Source: Acidimicrobiia bacterium
GTDB taxonomy: Bacteria > Actinomycetota > Acidimicrobiia > Spongiisociales > JAENVV01
Direction: 5' to 3'
Assembly: GCA_041577335.1 (NCBI GenBank)
Contig: JBFGJH010000024.1
Span: forward strand, 1 to 40,171
Length of the DNA: 40,171 nt
In this document: one piece after another, positions 9,995 to 19,521 of the stretch
Numbering within the stretch: the first letter of the stretch is position 1
Layout of the letters: every line of letters starts with the position of its first letter
Program-made: the position numbers and the translations under genes
The notes under the pieces: generated by a model
Databases searched by the model: none
Seen by the model: only the letters and a program-made list of their open reading frames with translations
Told to the model about the DNA's origin: nothing

Positions 9995-11443
9995 TCATGA
10001 CAGCTTCATGACCACGGCTTTGCTCTCGGTGAAGAAGTCGTAGGAATACTCGCCCCCCTCGCGACCCATGCCCGAGTCCTTGTAGCCGCCGAAAGGCGCC
10101 CGCAGATCTCTCACGAAGAAGCAGTTGACCCACATGGTGCCCGTCTTCACCTCTCGGGCAACCTTGTGAGCTGTGTTGAGGTTCTGAGTCCACACCATCC
10201 CTGCCAGCCCGTAGCGTGACTCGTTGGCGATAGCGATTGCTTCGTCGACGGTGTCGAACGGCATCACCATCTCCACAGGGCCAAAAATCTCGTCTTGGCA
10301 CGCCCGCATCGAGTTGTCGGCATCGGCGAAGATCGTCGGGGCAACATAGTTGCCGGCGGCAAGAGCTCCTTCGGTGATTCGGTGCCCACCGGTCATCAGC
10401 TTGGCGCCTTCTTCTTGGGCGAGATCGATGTACGAGAGAACCTTCTCCATGTGCTCCGTGCTGACGAGGGGGCCAAGTTGGGTGGATGCGTCACGGGGGT
10501 CACCCACGACATAGGCCTCCGCTCCTTCCACCATGCGTGCCAGGAACTCCTCGTAGACCGAGCGTTGGACCAACAAACGGCTTCCCGCCAGGCACACCTC
10601 GCCTTGGTTCGTGAAGATCCCGCGCAAAGAACCGGCCACCGCTTCGTCCATGTCGGCGTCTTCACAGACGATGTTGGCCGACTTCCCGCCCATCTCGAAA
10701 GACAGTTTCTTGAGGCCGCCGGCAGCATTCCGCATGATCGAACGACCGGTATTCGACTCGCCGGTAAACGTGACCGCGTCGACCTCGGGATGGGTGGTCA
10801 GTGCCTCCCCGGCGGCATCGGGACCAAAACCGTTGACGACGTTGAACACCCCCGGGGGCATGCCGGCCTCGGCGCATATCTCCGCGAGAATCGAAGCCGT
10901 GATGGGGGACTGTTCCGCCGGCTTGGCAACCACCGTGCACCCAAAGGCAAGGGCGGGCGTGGTCTTCCAGGTGAGCAGCATCATCGGGAAGTTCCAGGGA
11001 GAGATCGAGGCAACCACACCGAGCGGCTCGCGCAAGGTATAGGTGAGCACGCCATCCCACGGCTTCGGGTACGCGTGCGTACCAACTTGTTCGGCGTAAT
11101 CGGCGAAAAAGCGGAAGTTGTGGGCGGATCGGGGCATGTCTTTGGTTCGGGCCGCCGTAATGGTCTTGCCCATGTCGAGCGTCTCCCATTCGGCAAGCTC
11201 CTCGAGGCGCTGTTCGATGCCGTCTGCAACGCGATGCAGAATCTTCTTGCGTTCCGCCGGCGCCATCGCCGCCCAGGCTGGGAAGGCAGCCCGAGCAGCC
11301 TGCACGGCGCGGTCGGCGTCCTCAGCCGAGCCTTCCGCAACGGTGGCAATGGCTCGGTTGTCGATGGGGCTGATCGAGTCGAACGTTTTTCCATCGGCAG
11401 AGTCGACAAACTCGCCGCCGATGAAGTGCTGGACGTTCTTCAT
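9995..11443 (-). CDS. dmpC: 2-hydroxymuconic semialdehyde dehydrogenase (DmpC/XylG-like aldehyde dehydrogenase)
   Basis: ALDH motifs PWNFP, FTGE, FEMGGKS, GEVCLAGSR, EIFGP, RDLRAPFGG; meta-pathway context; AGGAGG RBS. Confidence 0.85.
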   Translation of the reverse strand: MKNVQHFIGGEFVDSADGKTFDSISPIDNRAIATVAEGSAEDADRAVQAARAAFPAWAAMAPAERKKILHRVADGIEQRLEELAEWETLDMGKTITAARTKDMPRSAHNFRFFADYAEQVGTHAYPKPWDGVLTYTLREPLGVVASISPWNFPMMLLTWKTTPALAFGCTVVAKPAEQSPITASILAEICAEAGMPPGVFNVVNGFGPDAAGEALTTHPEVDAVTFTGESNTGRSIMRNAAGGLKKLSFEMGGKSANIVCEDADMDEAVAGSLRGIFTNQGEVCLAGSRLLVQRSVYEEFLARMVEGAEAYVVGDPRDASTQLGPLVSTEHMEKVLSYIDLAQEEGAKLMTGGHRITEGALAAGNYVAPTIFADADNSMRACQDEIFGPVEMVMPFDTVDEAIAIANESRYGLAGMVWTQNLNTAHKVAREVKTGTMWVNCFFVRDLRAPFGGYKDSGMGREGGEYSYDFFTESKAVVMKLS

Positions 11444-11664
11444 TGTGAGCCTCCTTCTGCGCGAGCGCGGCGCTCGGCGCGAACGATGCGCATGGGTTTG
11501 CCACCAGCGCCGTACTGATGCTCCTTCATTTCGTTGACCATCACTCTGACGTTGTCGATGGGGTCGCCCAGACTCGTCGCAATGGCTTCCGAGACGGATT
11601 CGATCATCGACTCGATCTTCTCGGGCGAGCGGCCCTCCATCAAGTTGATATAGACAAGCGGCAT
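11440..11664 (-). CDS. dmpI: 4-oxalocrotonate (2-hydroxymuconate) tautomerase
   Basis: 74 aa, catalytic Pro-1 (MPLV..), EGRS, VRV motifs. Confidence 0.9.
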   Translation of the reverse strand: MPLVYINLMEGRSPEKIESMIESVSEAIATSLGDPIDNVRVMVNEMKEHQYGAGGKPMRIVRAERRARAEGGSQ

Positions 11665-11667
11665 TCG

Positions 11668-12435
11668 TCAGCTCCTCACTTTGAATTCACAAGTACCGAC
11701 ACGATCAATTTCCAAATACACATCTTGGCCATCCGCCAGGTCGACAGGCGCCGTCAGGCCCCCGCTGATAACGATGTCACCGGCCATCAGCGGGCGTTCA
11801 CTGCCGGAGACCGCTCGGGCCATCCACGCCACCGCCTCGGCCGGATGGTCTAACGCGGCGGCGCCGGCGGCAGTCATCACCGGGTCGCCATCCACCGAAA
11901 GCACCACACCCACGAGGTCGAGACGGTCGGTGGGGATATCCACCCAGTCACCGAGGACGAGTTGGCCGGACGACGAGTTGTCGGCGATGTTGTCAAGGGG
12001 GCCGAAACGGAAGCCGTCGAAGCGAGAGTCGACAATTTCCAAACACGGGGCCACGGCGACGGCGGCAGCCAGAACTTCGGACGCACCGGCGCCAGGGTCG
12101 TCGAGGTCGGCGCGGAGTTGGAAGGCGATCTCAGGCTCGACCTTGGGGTGGATGAGCTCGTCGAGTGATATCTGGCCCGATCGAGTCATGGCATCGGTGA
12201 GCCACCCATAGTTGGGCGTGGGCACGCCCATGGCGCGCTGCATGGCTTTGGAGGTGAAGCCGAGCTTGCCGCCGATGATCAGCTCACCGGCGGACAGTCT
12301 CATTTTGATCCCGGCCGCCTGGACCGCATACGCAGAGGAATGGCCGAAATCGGGCACACGGCCGGCGATCGGGGCAATGGTGGACCGCTCCATTCGAGCC
12401 CGATGGAGCTCGGCGGCGACGGCCTCTACCGACAC
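11668..12435 (-). CDS. FAH-family 2-oxopent-4-enoate hydratase / 4-oxalocrotonate decarboxylase paralog
   Basis: KLGFTSKAMQ, PKVEPEIAF, EIVDSR, ADNSS; GTG start at 12435 inferred from overlap with the upstream paralog. Confidence 0.8.
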   Translation of the reverse strand: MSVEAVAAELHRARMERSTIAPIAGRVPDFGHSSAYAVQAAGIKMRLSAGELIIGGKLGFTSKAMQRAMGVPTPNYGWLTDAMTRSGQISLDELIHPKVEPEIAFQLRADLDDPGAGASEVLAAAVAVAPCLEIVDSRFDGFRFGPLDNIADNSSSGQLVLGDWVDIPTDRLDLVGVVLSVDGDPVMTAAGAAALDHPAEAVAWMARAVSGSERPLMAGDIVISGGLTAPVDLADGQDVYLEIDRVGTCEFKVRS

Positions 12436-13190
12436 GTGACTTCTACCGTGCCGTAACGATCGAAAACGGCTCGAACCACGTCGCCCCGCTCCATCGGCAC
12501 AGCCGCTGTCCACGCCCCGGCAAGCACCAGCGAACCCGCCTCCAACGACCGGCCGCGCCGATGGAGCTTGCGTACGAACCAGGCCATGGCCTCGGCCGGG
12601 TCGCCCATCACGGCCGCGCCGGCCGCAGTGGCGATCACCTCACCGTTCTTCTCGAACACACATCCGGTGACGGAGAGGTCGCTTGTCAGCGGCATCGGCA
12701 CACCGATCACGTAGCCGCCGGCCGACGCATTGTCTGCGGTCACGTCAGCGAGAGAGAACTCGTACCCGGTGAATCGCGAATCGAGAATGTCAATGGCAGG
12801 CGCCACCGCCTCGGTTGCTTCCAGCACATCCCCCGCAGTCACGTCCGGACCGGCGAGGTCGGCTCCGGTGAAGAAGGCGATTTCCGGCTCGGCGCGTGGC
12901 TGAATGTACCGGTCTCGTGTGAAGTGACCTTGCCCTTCGCCACCTAGAAACATCGGTGCCGTCAGCCATCCATAGAGCGGCTCATCGACGTTCATCTGCT
13001 GCTGTTTGGCGACGCTGGTCAGGCCGAGCTTGGCTGCCACGATGGGGGAGCCGAGCTTGGCGAGAACTGCGTCTTGCACCTCGTACGCAGCGTCGACGGT
13101 GATGCCGAGATCTTTGGCGAAGGGAGTGGTCGCGGTTCTCTCGGAGGTGGCACGGAGGAGCCGTTCGGCCAGGTCGTCAATGTTCATCAT
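12426..13190 (-). CDS. dmpH: 4-oxalocrotonate decarboxylase-like (FAH family)
   Basis: KLGLTSVAKQQQM, PRAEPEIAF, DSRF, ADNAS; start 13190 or 13187. Confidence 0.75.
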   Translation of the reverse strand: MMNIDDLAERLLRATSERTATTPFAKDLGITVDAAYEVQDAVLAKLGSPIVAAKLGLTSVAKQQQMNVDEPLYGWLTAPMFLGGEGQGHFTRDRYIQPRAEPEIAFFTGADLAGPDVTAGDVLEATEAVAPAIDILDSRFTGYEFSLADVTADNASAGGYVIGVPMPLTSDLSVTGCVFEKNGEVIATAAGAAVMGDPAEAMAWFVRKLHRRGRSLEAGSLVLAGAWTAAVPMERGDVVRAVFDRYGTVEVTCR

Positions 13191-13229
13191 CAATGAACGT
13201 ACTCATGCACACCAGGGTCGTCTGGTGCC

Positions 13230-13246
13230 GTACCGCCCGCCGGAAC
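13230..13246 (-). promoter_or_regulatory. Putative IclR-type operator GTTCCGGCGGGCGGTAC
   Basis: Variant of GTTCC-N7-GGAAC, 39-42 nt upstream of the decarboxylase start; -10 TACGTT just before the ATG. Confidence 0.55.
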
Positions 13247-13273
13247 GGCGACCACGTGCTCCCTCGGCATGGC

Positions 13274-14032
13274 CTATCCACGAAGACCCAGCTGGCGAGA
13301 GGACTGGGCAGCGGCTTCCGAGACGGCCTGAATGACTTTGTGGAGGTCCTTGTCCATGCGTTCGGTCGGTCCGGCCACCGAAATCGACGCCACGACTCGG
13401 TCGAGTGGCCCGCGAATGGGGCCGGCGATGGACAAGACACCCAGCTCCGATTCACTGCGGTTCTCGGCGTAGCCGCGTCGTCGCACCTCGCGGAGCTGCT
13501 CTCGTAGGACCTTGATCGATGTCACCGTATGCTCAGTCTTCTTCTCCAGCTTCCACCCGTCGAGCAAGGCATCGAGCTCAACGGACGGGAGATGGGCGAG
13601 CAGGCATTTTCCTGTGGCCGTGGAATGGGCTGCGTTCCGCCTGCCTACCTCGAGGAACAGCCGGAGCCCATGGGGCGAATCCAGCCGCTCGACGTAGACG
13701 ACCTCGCGACGATCGAGCACCGCCACATGGACGGTTTCTCCCGTGCGGTTGCGGAGGATTTCCATCGGTGGGATCACCGCCTCGTGCAGGTCGAGCCTGC
13801 TGCCAACGGCAGATCCCAGGTCGTACATGGCGAGACCGAGCCGATACTTCCCCGTCGTCGGGTCTTGGGACAGCAACCCTTCCGCCGCCAGGGTCGACAG
13901 CAGGCGATGAGTCGAAGACTTCGACAGCTCGAGTTTGCGAGAAAGCTCGGAGACGCCGTACTCGCGGTTGCGAGCCGAAAACTGCTTGAGGATGCGGGCA
14001 GCATTGCGCACCGACGAGAGCTTCTCAGCCAT
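13274..14032 (-). CDS. IclR family transcriptional regulator
   Basis: N-terminal HTH (GVSELSRKLELSKSSTHRLL), GETVH, HSTATGK, RRRGYA..ESELGVLSIAGPI. Confidence 0.95.
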   Translation of the reverse strand: MAEKLSSVRNAARILKQFSARNREYGVSELSRKLELSKSSTHRLLSTLAAEGLLSQDPTTGKYRLGLAMYDLGSAVGSRLDLHEAVIPPMEILRNRTGETVHVAVLDRREVVYVERLDSPHGLRLFLEVGRRNAAHSTATGKCLLAHLPSVELDALLDGWKLEKKTEHTVTSIKVLREQLREVRRRGYAENRSESELGVLSIAGPIRGPLDRVVASISVAGPTERMDKDLHKVIQAVSEAAAQSSRQLGLRG

Positions 14033-14037
14033 GCCTA

Positions 14038-14724
14038 TCAGGCATCCTCTCCCCTCACCGCAACCAGGAGCGCCCGCCGCACGTCCCCCGTTGCGGCATC
14101 GGAGCCCAATCCCGTCACGGACTGTGCCCAAGGTGCGATCTCGCAAGCGAGAAGTCGGTGGGCGGTCTCCAAGCCGGCCAAGGCAGCACCCTCCATCTCG
14201 TCGACCAACCGCTCCCGACCCGGGGCGTGGGCCCGAATTGCGGCAAAGTCTCTGGCGACGGCAATGTGAGAGTTCGCCAGGCCGCCTCCGGCATGGCCGG
14301 CATGGTGGGCAGTGAGCTCTGATCCAGGCTGGACGACCAGGTGATAGAGATACGTGGTGACGCCCAGCGCATGGCGCACCTCATCGGTGGCCGGGCCTCC
14401 CCCTTCGTTGATGAGGCCGAGCTCGGGGAGCACGACGGGGTCAAAGAACCGCAGTGTCCACGCGATCCCGCCAACCCCACCCTCATGGGCTACCTCAGGG
14501 CCCTGTGGCTCGGAGAGCTGCTCGCGCGTGGCGAAGACGTGAAGGTTCTGTGCTCCTGCGGCAACCACTGTGAAGGGCTCGCCGGAGACGAGCGGCATGC
14601 GTCCCCGAACGGCCACCGACTGGAGTTGTGCCTGCGTCCAATAGGTCTCATGGACGGTGGCGACGTAGTCGGTCATCGCTTTTCGCATGTCTTCGGGACG
14701 CGGTTGTTCGGGTCGATCGGCCAC
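14038..14724 (-). CDS. Hypothetical protein co-oriented with iclR
   Basis: Open frame ending 5 nt before the iclR start; GTG 14724 preceded by TATCAT (leaderless); His cluster HHAGHAGGGLANSH. Confidence 0.75.
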   Translation of the reverse strand: MADRPEQPRPEDMRKAMTDYVATVHETYWTQAQLQSVAVRGRMPLVSGEPFTVVAAGAQNLHVFATREQLSEPQGPEVAHEGGVGGIAWTLRFFDPVVLPELGLINEGGGPATDEVRHALGVTTYLYHLVVQPGSELTAHHAGHAGGGLANSHIAVARDFAAIRAHAPGRERLVDEMEGAALAGLETAHRLLACEIAPWAQSVTGLGSDAATGDVRRALLVAVRGEDA

Positions 14725-14745
14725 CGGAAAATGATACGCCTTCCT

Positions 14746-14820
14746 GTTCCGCCATGGAGAACGCCTTCCCGTCAACCGGAACGCGACCGATCGCACATCG
14801 ACTGTTCCCCCATATGGAAC
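14746..14820. promoter_or_regulatory. Divergent promoter with three 17-bp GTTCC-N7-GGAAC-like sites (14746-14762, 14766-14782, 14804-14820)
   Basis: GTTCCGCCATGGAGAAC, TTCCCGTCAACCGGAAC, GTTCCCCCATATGGAAC read directly. Confidence 0.7.
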
Positions 14821-14860
14821 GATGGTCGGGACTGGCGCCGATCTCAACTATGTTCGCTTC

Positions 14861-15769
14861 ATGGGAATCCTCAGGCTCAGCCATGTCGACATCACCGTTC
14901 CTGATCTCGAGCTCGCTGCTGCGTATTACACCGAGGTCCTCGGCATGCTCGAGGTCGAGCGGAATCTCGACGAGGTCTACTTCAAGTGCTGGGACGAGGA
15001 GGATCATCATTCCCTGCGCGTTCGGTATGACCCACGCGTCGGCATCGATCATTTCTCATTCAAAGTCGAGACCGAGGACGACCTCGGCGCCTTGGAGCGC
15101 AGAGTGGAGGACTACGGATTCAGGGTGAGTCGGATCAGCAAGGGGCAAGAAGTAGGCCAGGGAGAGTCGATTCGTTTCGAGACGCCATCCGGTCATGTCA
15201 TGGAACTGGTCCATGACATCGAGCGGGTTGGCGGTCTGCTACCGAAAACGAATCCGCCACCGATACCGCACGATCTCAGGGGGATCGCGCCGCCGAGAAT
15301 GGACCACCTTCTCGTGACGGCCGAAGAGGTCGGCGAGGCGAGCAAGTTCTACATGGATGTGCTCGGGTTCCGCCTCACCGAACAGCTCCTCGACGGCGAC
15401 GGACAGCAGATCGGCACGTGGATGGAAAGGTCACATTCGCCTCACGACCTCGCCGTGGTGTCAGGCGTAAATGGCGGGCTCCACCACTTCGCGTTCTGGT
15501 TGGACGACTGGGACCACGTTCGCCAGGCGGCCGACATCCTCGCCTACAACGCCGTTCAGATCGACGTCGGCCCCACCCGGCACGGCATCACCCGCGGCAA
15601 CACCATCTACTTCTTCGACCCGATGGGAACCCGCAACGAAGTGTTTACCGGCGGCTACCGGCCCGACCCCGACTTCCCGACAATCACCTGGACCGAAGAC
15701 AACATCGGCAAGGCGATCTTCTACTACGAGGGCGAGCTCAACGAGCGCTTCATGAAGGTGCACACCTAG
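14861..15769 (+). CDS. xylE: Catechol 2,3-dioxygenase (copy 1)
   Basis: MGILRLSHV start, DHLL, HDLA, LHHFAF, PTRHGITRG.TIYFFDP.G.RNEVF; -10 TATGTT 6 nt before the ATG. Confidence 0.95.
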   Translation: MGILRLSHVDITVPDLELAAAYYTEVLGMLEVERNLDEVYFKCWDEEDHHSLRVRYDPRVGIDHFSFKVETEDDLGALERRVEDYGFRVSRISKGQEVGQGESIRFETPSGHVMELVHDIERVGGLLPKTNPPPIPHDLRGIAPPRMDHLLVTAEEVGEASKFYMDVLGFRLTEQLLDGDGQQIGTWMERSHSPHDLAVVSGVNGGLHHFAFWLDDWDHVRQAADILAYNAVQIDVGPTRHGITRGNTIYFFDPMGTRNEVFTGGYRPDPDFPTITWTEDNIGKAIFYYEGELNERFMKVHT

Positions 15770-15809
15770 CGACGACTTTCGGTCGATCCGGTCGCCCGCG
15801 AGTCGCCAT

Positions 15810-17576
15810 TCAGTCGAGCTGGTAGACGCGGGTCCGACCGGCATCGACGACCTTCCTTGCCCACGGAGGCGGCTCATCGCTGAGAAGGCCCGCCAGAAAG
15901 CCCGCTTCGTTGTCGGCACTCCACGAATTCGAAATAGCCGTTGCGTCGCAGACCATCACGTAGTCCACTCCTAGCGCTTCAGCTCGTTGGCGGGCAACTC
16001 CTGGGTCGCTGGTGAGCAGCTCATATGAGGCGACGATGTTTCGGTAGGCACGGTGGTACGGAGGACTCAGAACGTCGTGTTCGGTGTGCACGAGGACATC
16101 CGGGCTGTAGTTCACCTCGACGACGACGAGACCCGGCTCGAGTGCGGCGAGTCGTGAGAGCAGGTCCTCGGTGACACAGGGCACCGGCGGCGAAGCCCCG
16201 CTTGCTTCGTTGCCTCCCAGTCGCTCACTAGCGAAGCCAAATAGGAACCCGGACAGGATCAACACCGCAACCGCGGCAGCCACGGCGCGAGCCGCGACCC
16301 ATGGGACCGCGTTGCGCAGTCGCGTGACCGCCACTCCAAGGGCCGGCGCAGCCAAAGCCTGAGCCAGAGGCACAACGCGAACCTGCCAGAGGGACAAGAC
16401 CAGCACAACGAGGAGGGGGGCGAGCCACGGGACCAATCCGAGGTTCCTCGACTTCCACGTCAGCCAGCCCAGATAAGCCAGACCGACGGTAGGGCCGATG
16501 AGCAGGCCGACCGCAGCCCAGGGCAGGGCGGTGGCATAGCTCACGAAGCCTTGGGCCTCGACGATGAGATCGAGCCAGATGGTGCCCACGATGTCGGGGT
16601 ATGCACCGTACGGCCCTGCGGCACAGGTTGGCGCCAGCGCCCCGAACCATGCAAACGCTCCTACGGCGAGGCCCGCCAGGCTCAACCAACGAGTTCGACG
16701 GGTCAGCGATGAGCCCCCTGCCAGCGCCAGACCGAGCGCGGGCAGCGCAATGAGCCCGAAGAAGCCGAGCGAAAACACATCACAATCGAGCGAGAGAATC
16801 CGCCCAGGCGGGCCGAACAAGACGTTCGAGCCGACCGCTGATGCCACGAGCGCGAATCCCAAAGCTCGGTAGGCAGGGCGGTTGCCTTCTCCGGCGACTC
16901 CCCACCGCACGCCGACTCCGGCAAGGATCGCCGCGATGGCGGGCAGCGTCTCCAAGCCAATCGTCAGCGACAACCCTCCGGCGACTCCGGCCGCCACGAG
17001 CGCGCCAGCCGAGGGCCAGGCAAGCACCAGTCGCAGCATCGCCAACAGCAAGACAACCTGGAGGCCGTGATGGTCGATCCGGCCAGGGCCCAACCGGCTC
17101 AGTGCCCCTGCACCGAACCCGAACACAACCATTGCATAGAGGCCGACGTCGACCTTCGGCGAGACCCAGCGGGCAATGGAGGAAATCAGCCACAAAGCCG
17201 CCAACAGGAGACCGAGGGGCACCACCAGCAAGGCAATCAACTCTGCCGAATCGCTGCCGACGAGTGGTCGGAAACTCGCCACGACACTCCCGAGGAGGGC
17301 GTCCATGTGGCGGCTCCAATGCATGTCGACGCCCCCCTGCCCCACCCGATCGAGCGTCAGGTCCCACCATCGCTGTCCGTCGAGCAACTCCCGCACTTGC
17401 ACGAGTCGAGTGGCGTCATCGGGGTCGGCGAACCGGCCCGCACGAAGGTCACCCCAGCTTCGAATGCCGGCGAAGAGCGCCAGCGTCGCCCAGACTACGA
17501 AGATTTCGATCCGCGCCCGCAGCCTCGAGACTCCGTGATCGTCCTGCGGTGTCCCCGAGCCGGGAGACTCAACCAT
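15810..17576 (-). CDS. Multi-pass membrane GT-C-like glycosyltransferase
   Basis: Many hydrophobic segments, first-loop DPDD, MHWSR, GRIDHH, soluble C-terminal domain; overlaps the GT2 gene end. Confidence 0.65.
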   Translation of the reverse strand: MVESPGSGTPQDDHGVSRLRARIEIFVVWATLALFAGIRSWGDLRAGRFADPDDATRLVQVRELLDGQRWWDLTLDRVGQGGVDMHWSRHMDALLGSVVASFRPLVGSDSAELIALLVVPLGLLLAALWLISSIARWVSPKVDVGLYAMVVFGFGAGALSRLGPGRIDHHGLQVVLLLAMLRLVLAWPSAGALVAAGVAGGLSLTIGLETLPAIAAILAGVGVRWGVAGEGNRPAYRALGFALVASAVGSNVLFGPPGRILSLDCDVFSLGFFGLIALPALGLALAGGSSLTRRTRWLSLAGLAVGAFAWFGALAPTCAAGPYGAYPDIVGTIWLDLIVEAQGFVSYATALPWAAVGLLIGPTVGLAYLGWLTWKSRNLGLVPWLAPLLVVLVLSLWQVRVVPLAQALAAPALGVAVTRLRNAVPWVAARAVAAAVAVLILSGFLFGFASERLGGNEASGASPPVPCVTEDLLSRLAALEPGLVVVEVNYSPDVLVHTEHDVLSPPYHRAYRNIVASYELLTSDPGVARQRAEALGVDYVMVCDATAISNSWSADNEAGFLAGLLSDEPPPWARKVVDAGRTRVYQLD

Positions 17577-18720
17577 TGCGGCGGGGAATGGCCAGCATGC
17601 TGTACAGGAAGGACATCAGGAGCGTCTGAAATCCGAGAGCCAGCAGAGTCACTGAGATCACCACTGGCCGGGTGGTCACCACCGGGTCGAGATCCGGGAA
17701 ACCATCCTGGGCCCAACGCCATGCCACCACCGCCAGCAAGGCGAGGCCGGAGCCGACGATGAAGAGCCCAACGACGATGCCCCGCTCGAGAGTGAACCGC
17801 TCAAACGCGCTCTGTAGAGGCGGCGCTGGTGGCCCTATCTCCTCGCTGACGGCGAAGATCCGCGCGGCCAGGGCGGTCGTCATCGTCTGGTATCCGACGA
17901 GGACGAATACGCTGCCAACCATGAGCGTGTGGATGTCAAAACGCACGCCGCGAATCGTGACCGGCCCCGCCGCCAATGAGAGCATCAGCGCCGCTCCGAT
18001 GATGGTCACGATCAGGCCGGGGATGAACATCGTCCACCGTGGCGACAGGGTCATCATGAAGCGAAGGTGCCGCCAGCCATCAGCCCATCGGCGCAGATGG
18101 GGCGGGCGGGATCGGCCGTCGGGTCGCAACGTCACCGGGACCTCGTCGATCCTCATTCCTCTGGCAGCAGCTTTGGCGACCACCTCCGTGGCAAACTCCA
18201 TTCCGGTCGTACGCGGATCGATCTCTTCGAACGCGCTTTTTGTCATGGCGCGCAGACCGCAGTGAAAGTCGGAGATCTTGGTGCGAAACAAGGTCCGGGC
18301 GATACTGGAGAGAACCGGGTTGCCCAGCCAGCGATGCAGCCACGGCATGGCGCCGGGCTCGATGGTGCCTCGCATCCGGGTGCCCATGACCATGTCTGCG
18401 CCGCCTCTCATCAGCTCGACCATCGGGTAGGCCTCGCGGAAGTCGTAGCTCAAGTCGGCATCACCCATGATCAGGAACTGTCCTCGCGCTGCCTCGAATC
18501 CGCCCGTCACCGCACTGCCATAGCCGGGCGTCGGCACCGACACGACCACCGCTCCGTGGTGCCTGGCTATTTCCGCTGACTCGTCCGTGCTGCCGTTGTC
18601 AGCGACCACCACCTCAGCGTCCAAATCGTGAGTCTCGATGCACTCCTGGATCTCGGCGAGGCAGGCACCGAGCGTCTCAGCTTCATTCAGGCATGGAAGC
18701 ACGAAGGAGACTTCGGGCAC
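17569..18720 (-). CDS. GT2 polyprenol-phosphate glycosyltransferase (DPM1-like) with C-terminal TM helices
   Basis: LPCLNEA, DNGSTD, GYGSA, MGDADLSY, DFHCGLR, GMEFATE. Confidence 0.92.
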   Translation of the reverse strand: MPEVSFVLPCLNEAETLGACLAEIQECIETHDLDAEVVVADNGSTDESAEIARHHGAVVVSVPTPGYGSAVTGGFEAARGQFLIMGDADLSYDFREAYPMVELMRGGADMVMGTRMRGTIEPGAMPWLHRWLGNPVLSSIARTLFRTKISDFHCGLRAMTKSAFEEIDPRTTGMEFATEVVAKAAARGMRIDEVPVTLRPDGRSRPPHLRRWADGWRHLRFMMTLSPRWTMFIPGLIVTIIGAALMLSLAAGPVTIRGVRFDIHTLMVGSVFVLVGYQTMTTALAARIFAVSEEIGPPAPPLQSAFERFTLERGIVVGLFIVGSGLALLAVVAWRWAQDGFPDLDPVVTTRPVVISVTLLALGFQTLLMSFLYSMLAIPRRNG

Positions 18721-18831
18721 GGGACATCCTCGAGGAGTCGACCACGAAAGGCTACCGTCGCGGCCGGCCGTTCCGACGAATTACCGTGCCCTCAAGCAGG
18801 ACGGCCGATGTGCCGACTTGGTAGGTAGAAC

Positions 18832-19431
18832 ATGAGTATCGCCGACACAATCCACGAGCGTTACCTCAGGGGTCGGCGCGCCCGAGTCCTCAGCGAGAGC
18901 ATCGCCGGCCTCATCCCACGGGATGCCCGAGTGCTCGACGTCGGGAGTGGTGACGGAGAGATCGCCCACCGGATCAACCTGCTGAGGCCCGACGTGACGG
19001 TCGAAGGAATCGACGTGCTCGTCCGCCCACGCACCGCCATACCGGTGACAGAGTTCGATGGGGACACCTTCCCCTTCGAGGCAGACACATTCGACACAAT
19101 CACGATTGTCGATGTTCTTCATCACACCGACAATCCTGTGCGCATTCTCCATGAAGCGCGCCGGATAGCTCGCACGTCGGTGGTCGTGAAAGACCATGTT
19201 CTGTGCGGCACGGGTGCCGGCCCTACCCTTCGCTTCATGGATCGAGTCGGCAACGAGCGCCACGGTGTTGTCTCGCCGTACAACTATCTCACGTACGCAG
19301 AGTGGGAATCGGCGTTCGACGAGGCAGACCTCTCGCTGAAATCGTGGGAAGACGACCTCGGTATCTATGCGTGGCCCGCCACCTTGCTGTTCGACCGGAA
19401 GCTCCACTTCACGGCAGCATTGGCGGTGTGA
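18832..19431 (+). CDS. Class I SAM-dependent methyltransferase
   Basis: VLDVGSGDG, PFEADTFD, VLHH. Confidence 0.9.
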   Translation: MSIADTIHERYLRGRRARVLSESIAGLIPRDARVLDVGSGDGEIAHRINLLRPDVTVEGIDVLVRPRTAIPVTEFDGDTFPFEADTFDTITIVDVLHHTDNPVRILHEARRIARTSVVVKDHVLCGTGAGPTLRFMDRVGNERHGVVSPYNYLTYAEWESAFDEADLSLKSWEDDLGIYAWPATLLFDRKLHFTAALAV

Positions 19432-19463
19432 TCAGCCGGTGCGCCTGAGCGGTCAGCAAGCGT

Positions 19464-19480
19464 GTTCCCGTATGTGGAAC
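19464..19480 (+). promoter_or_regulatory. Putative IclR-type operator GTTCCCGTATGTGGAAC
   Basis: Same palindrome and spacing (41 nt to ATG) as upstream of C23O copy 1; -10 TACATT at 19509-19514. Confidence 0.75.
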
Positions 19481-19521
19481 GGCGGTGCCGTCGGGTGCCT
19501 GTGGGCGGTACATTCATCTTC

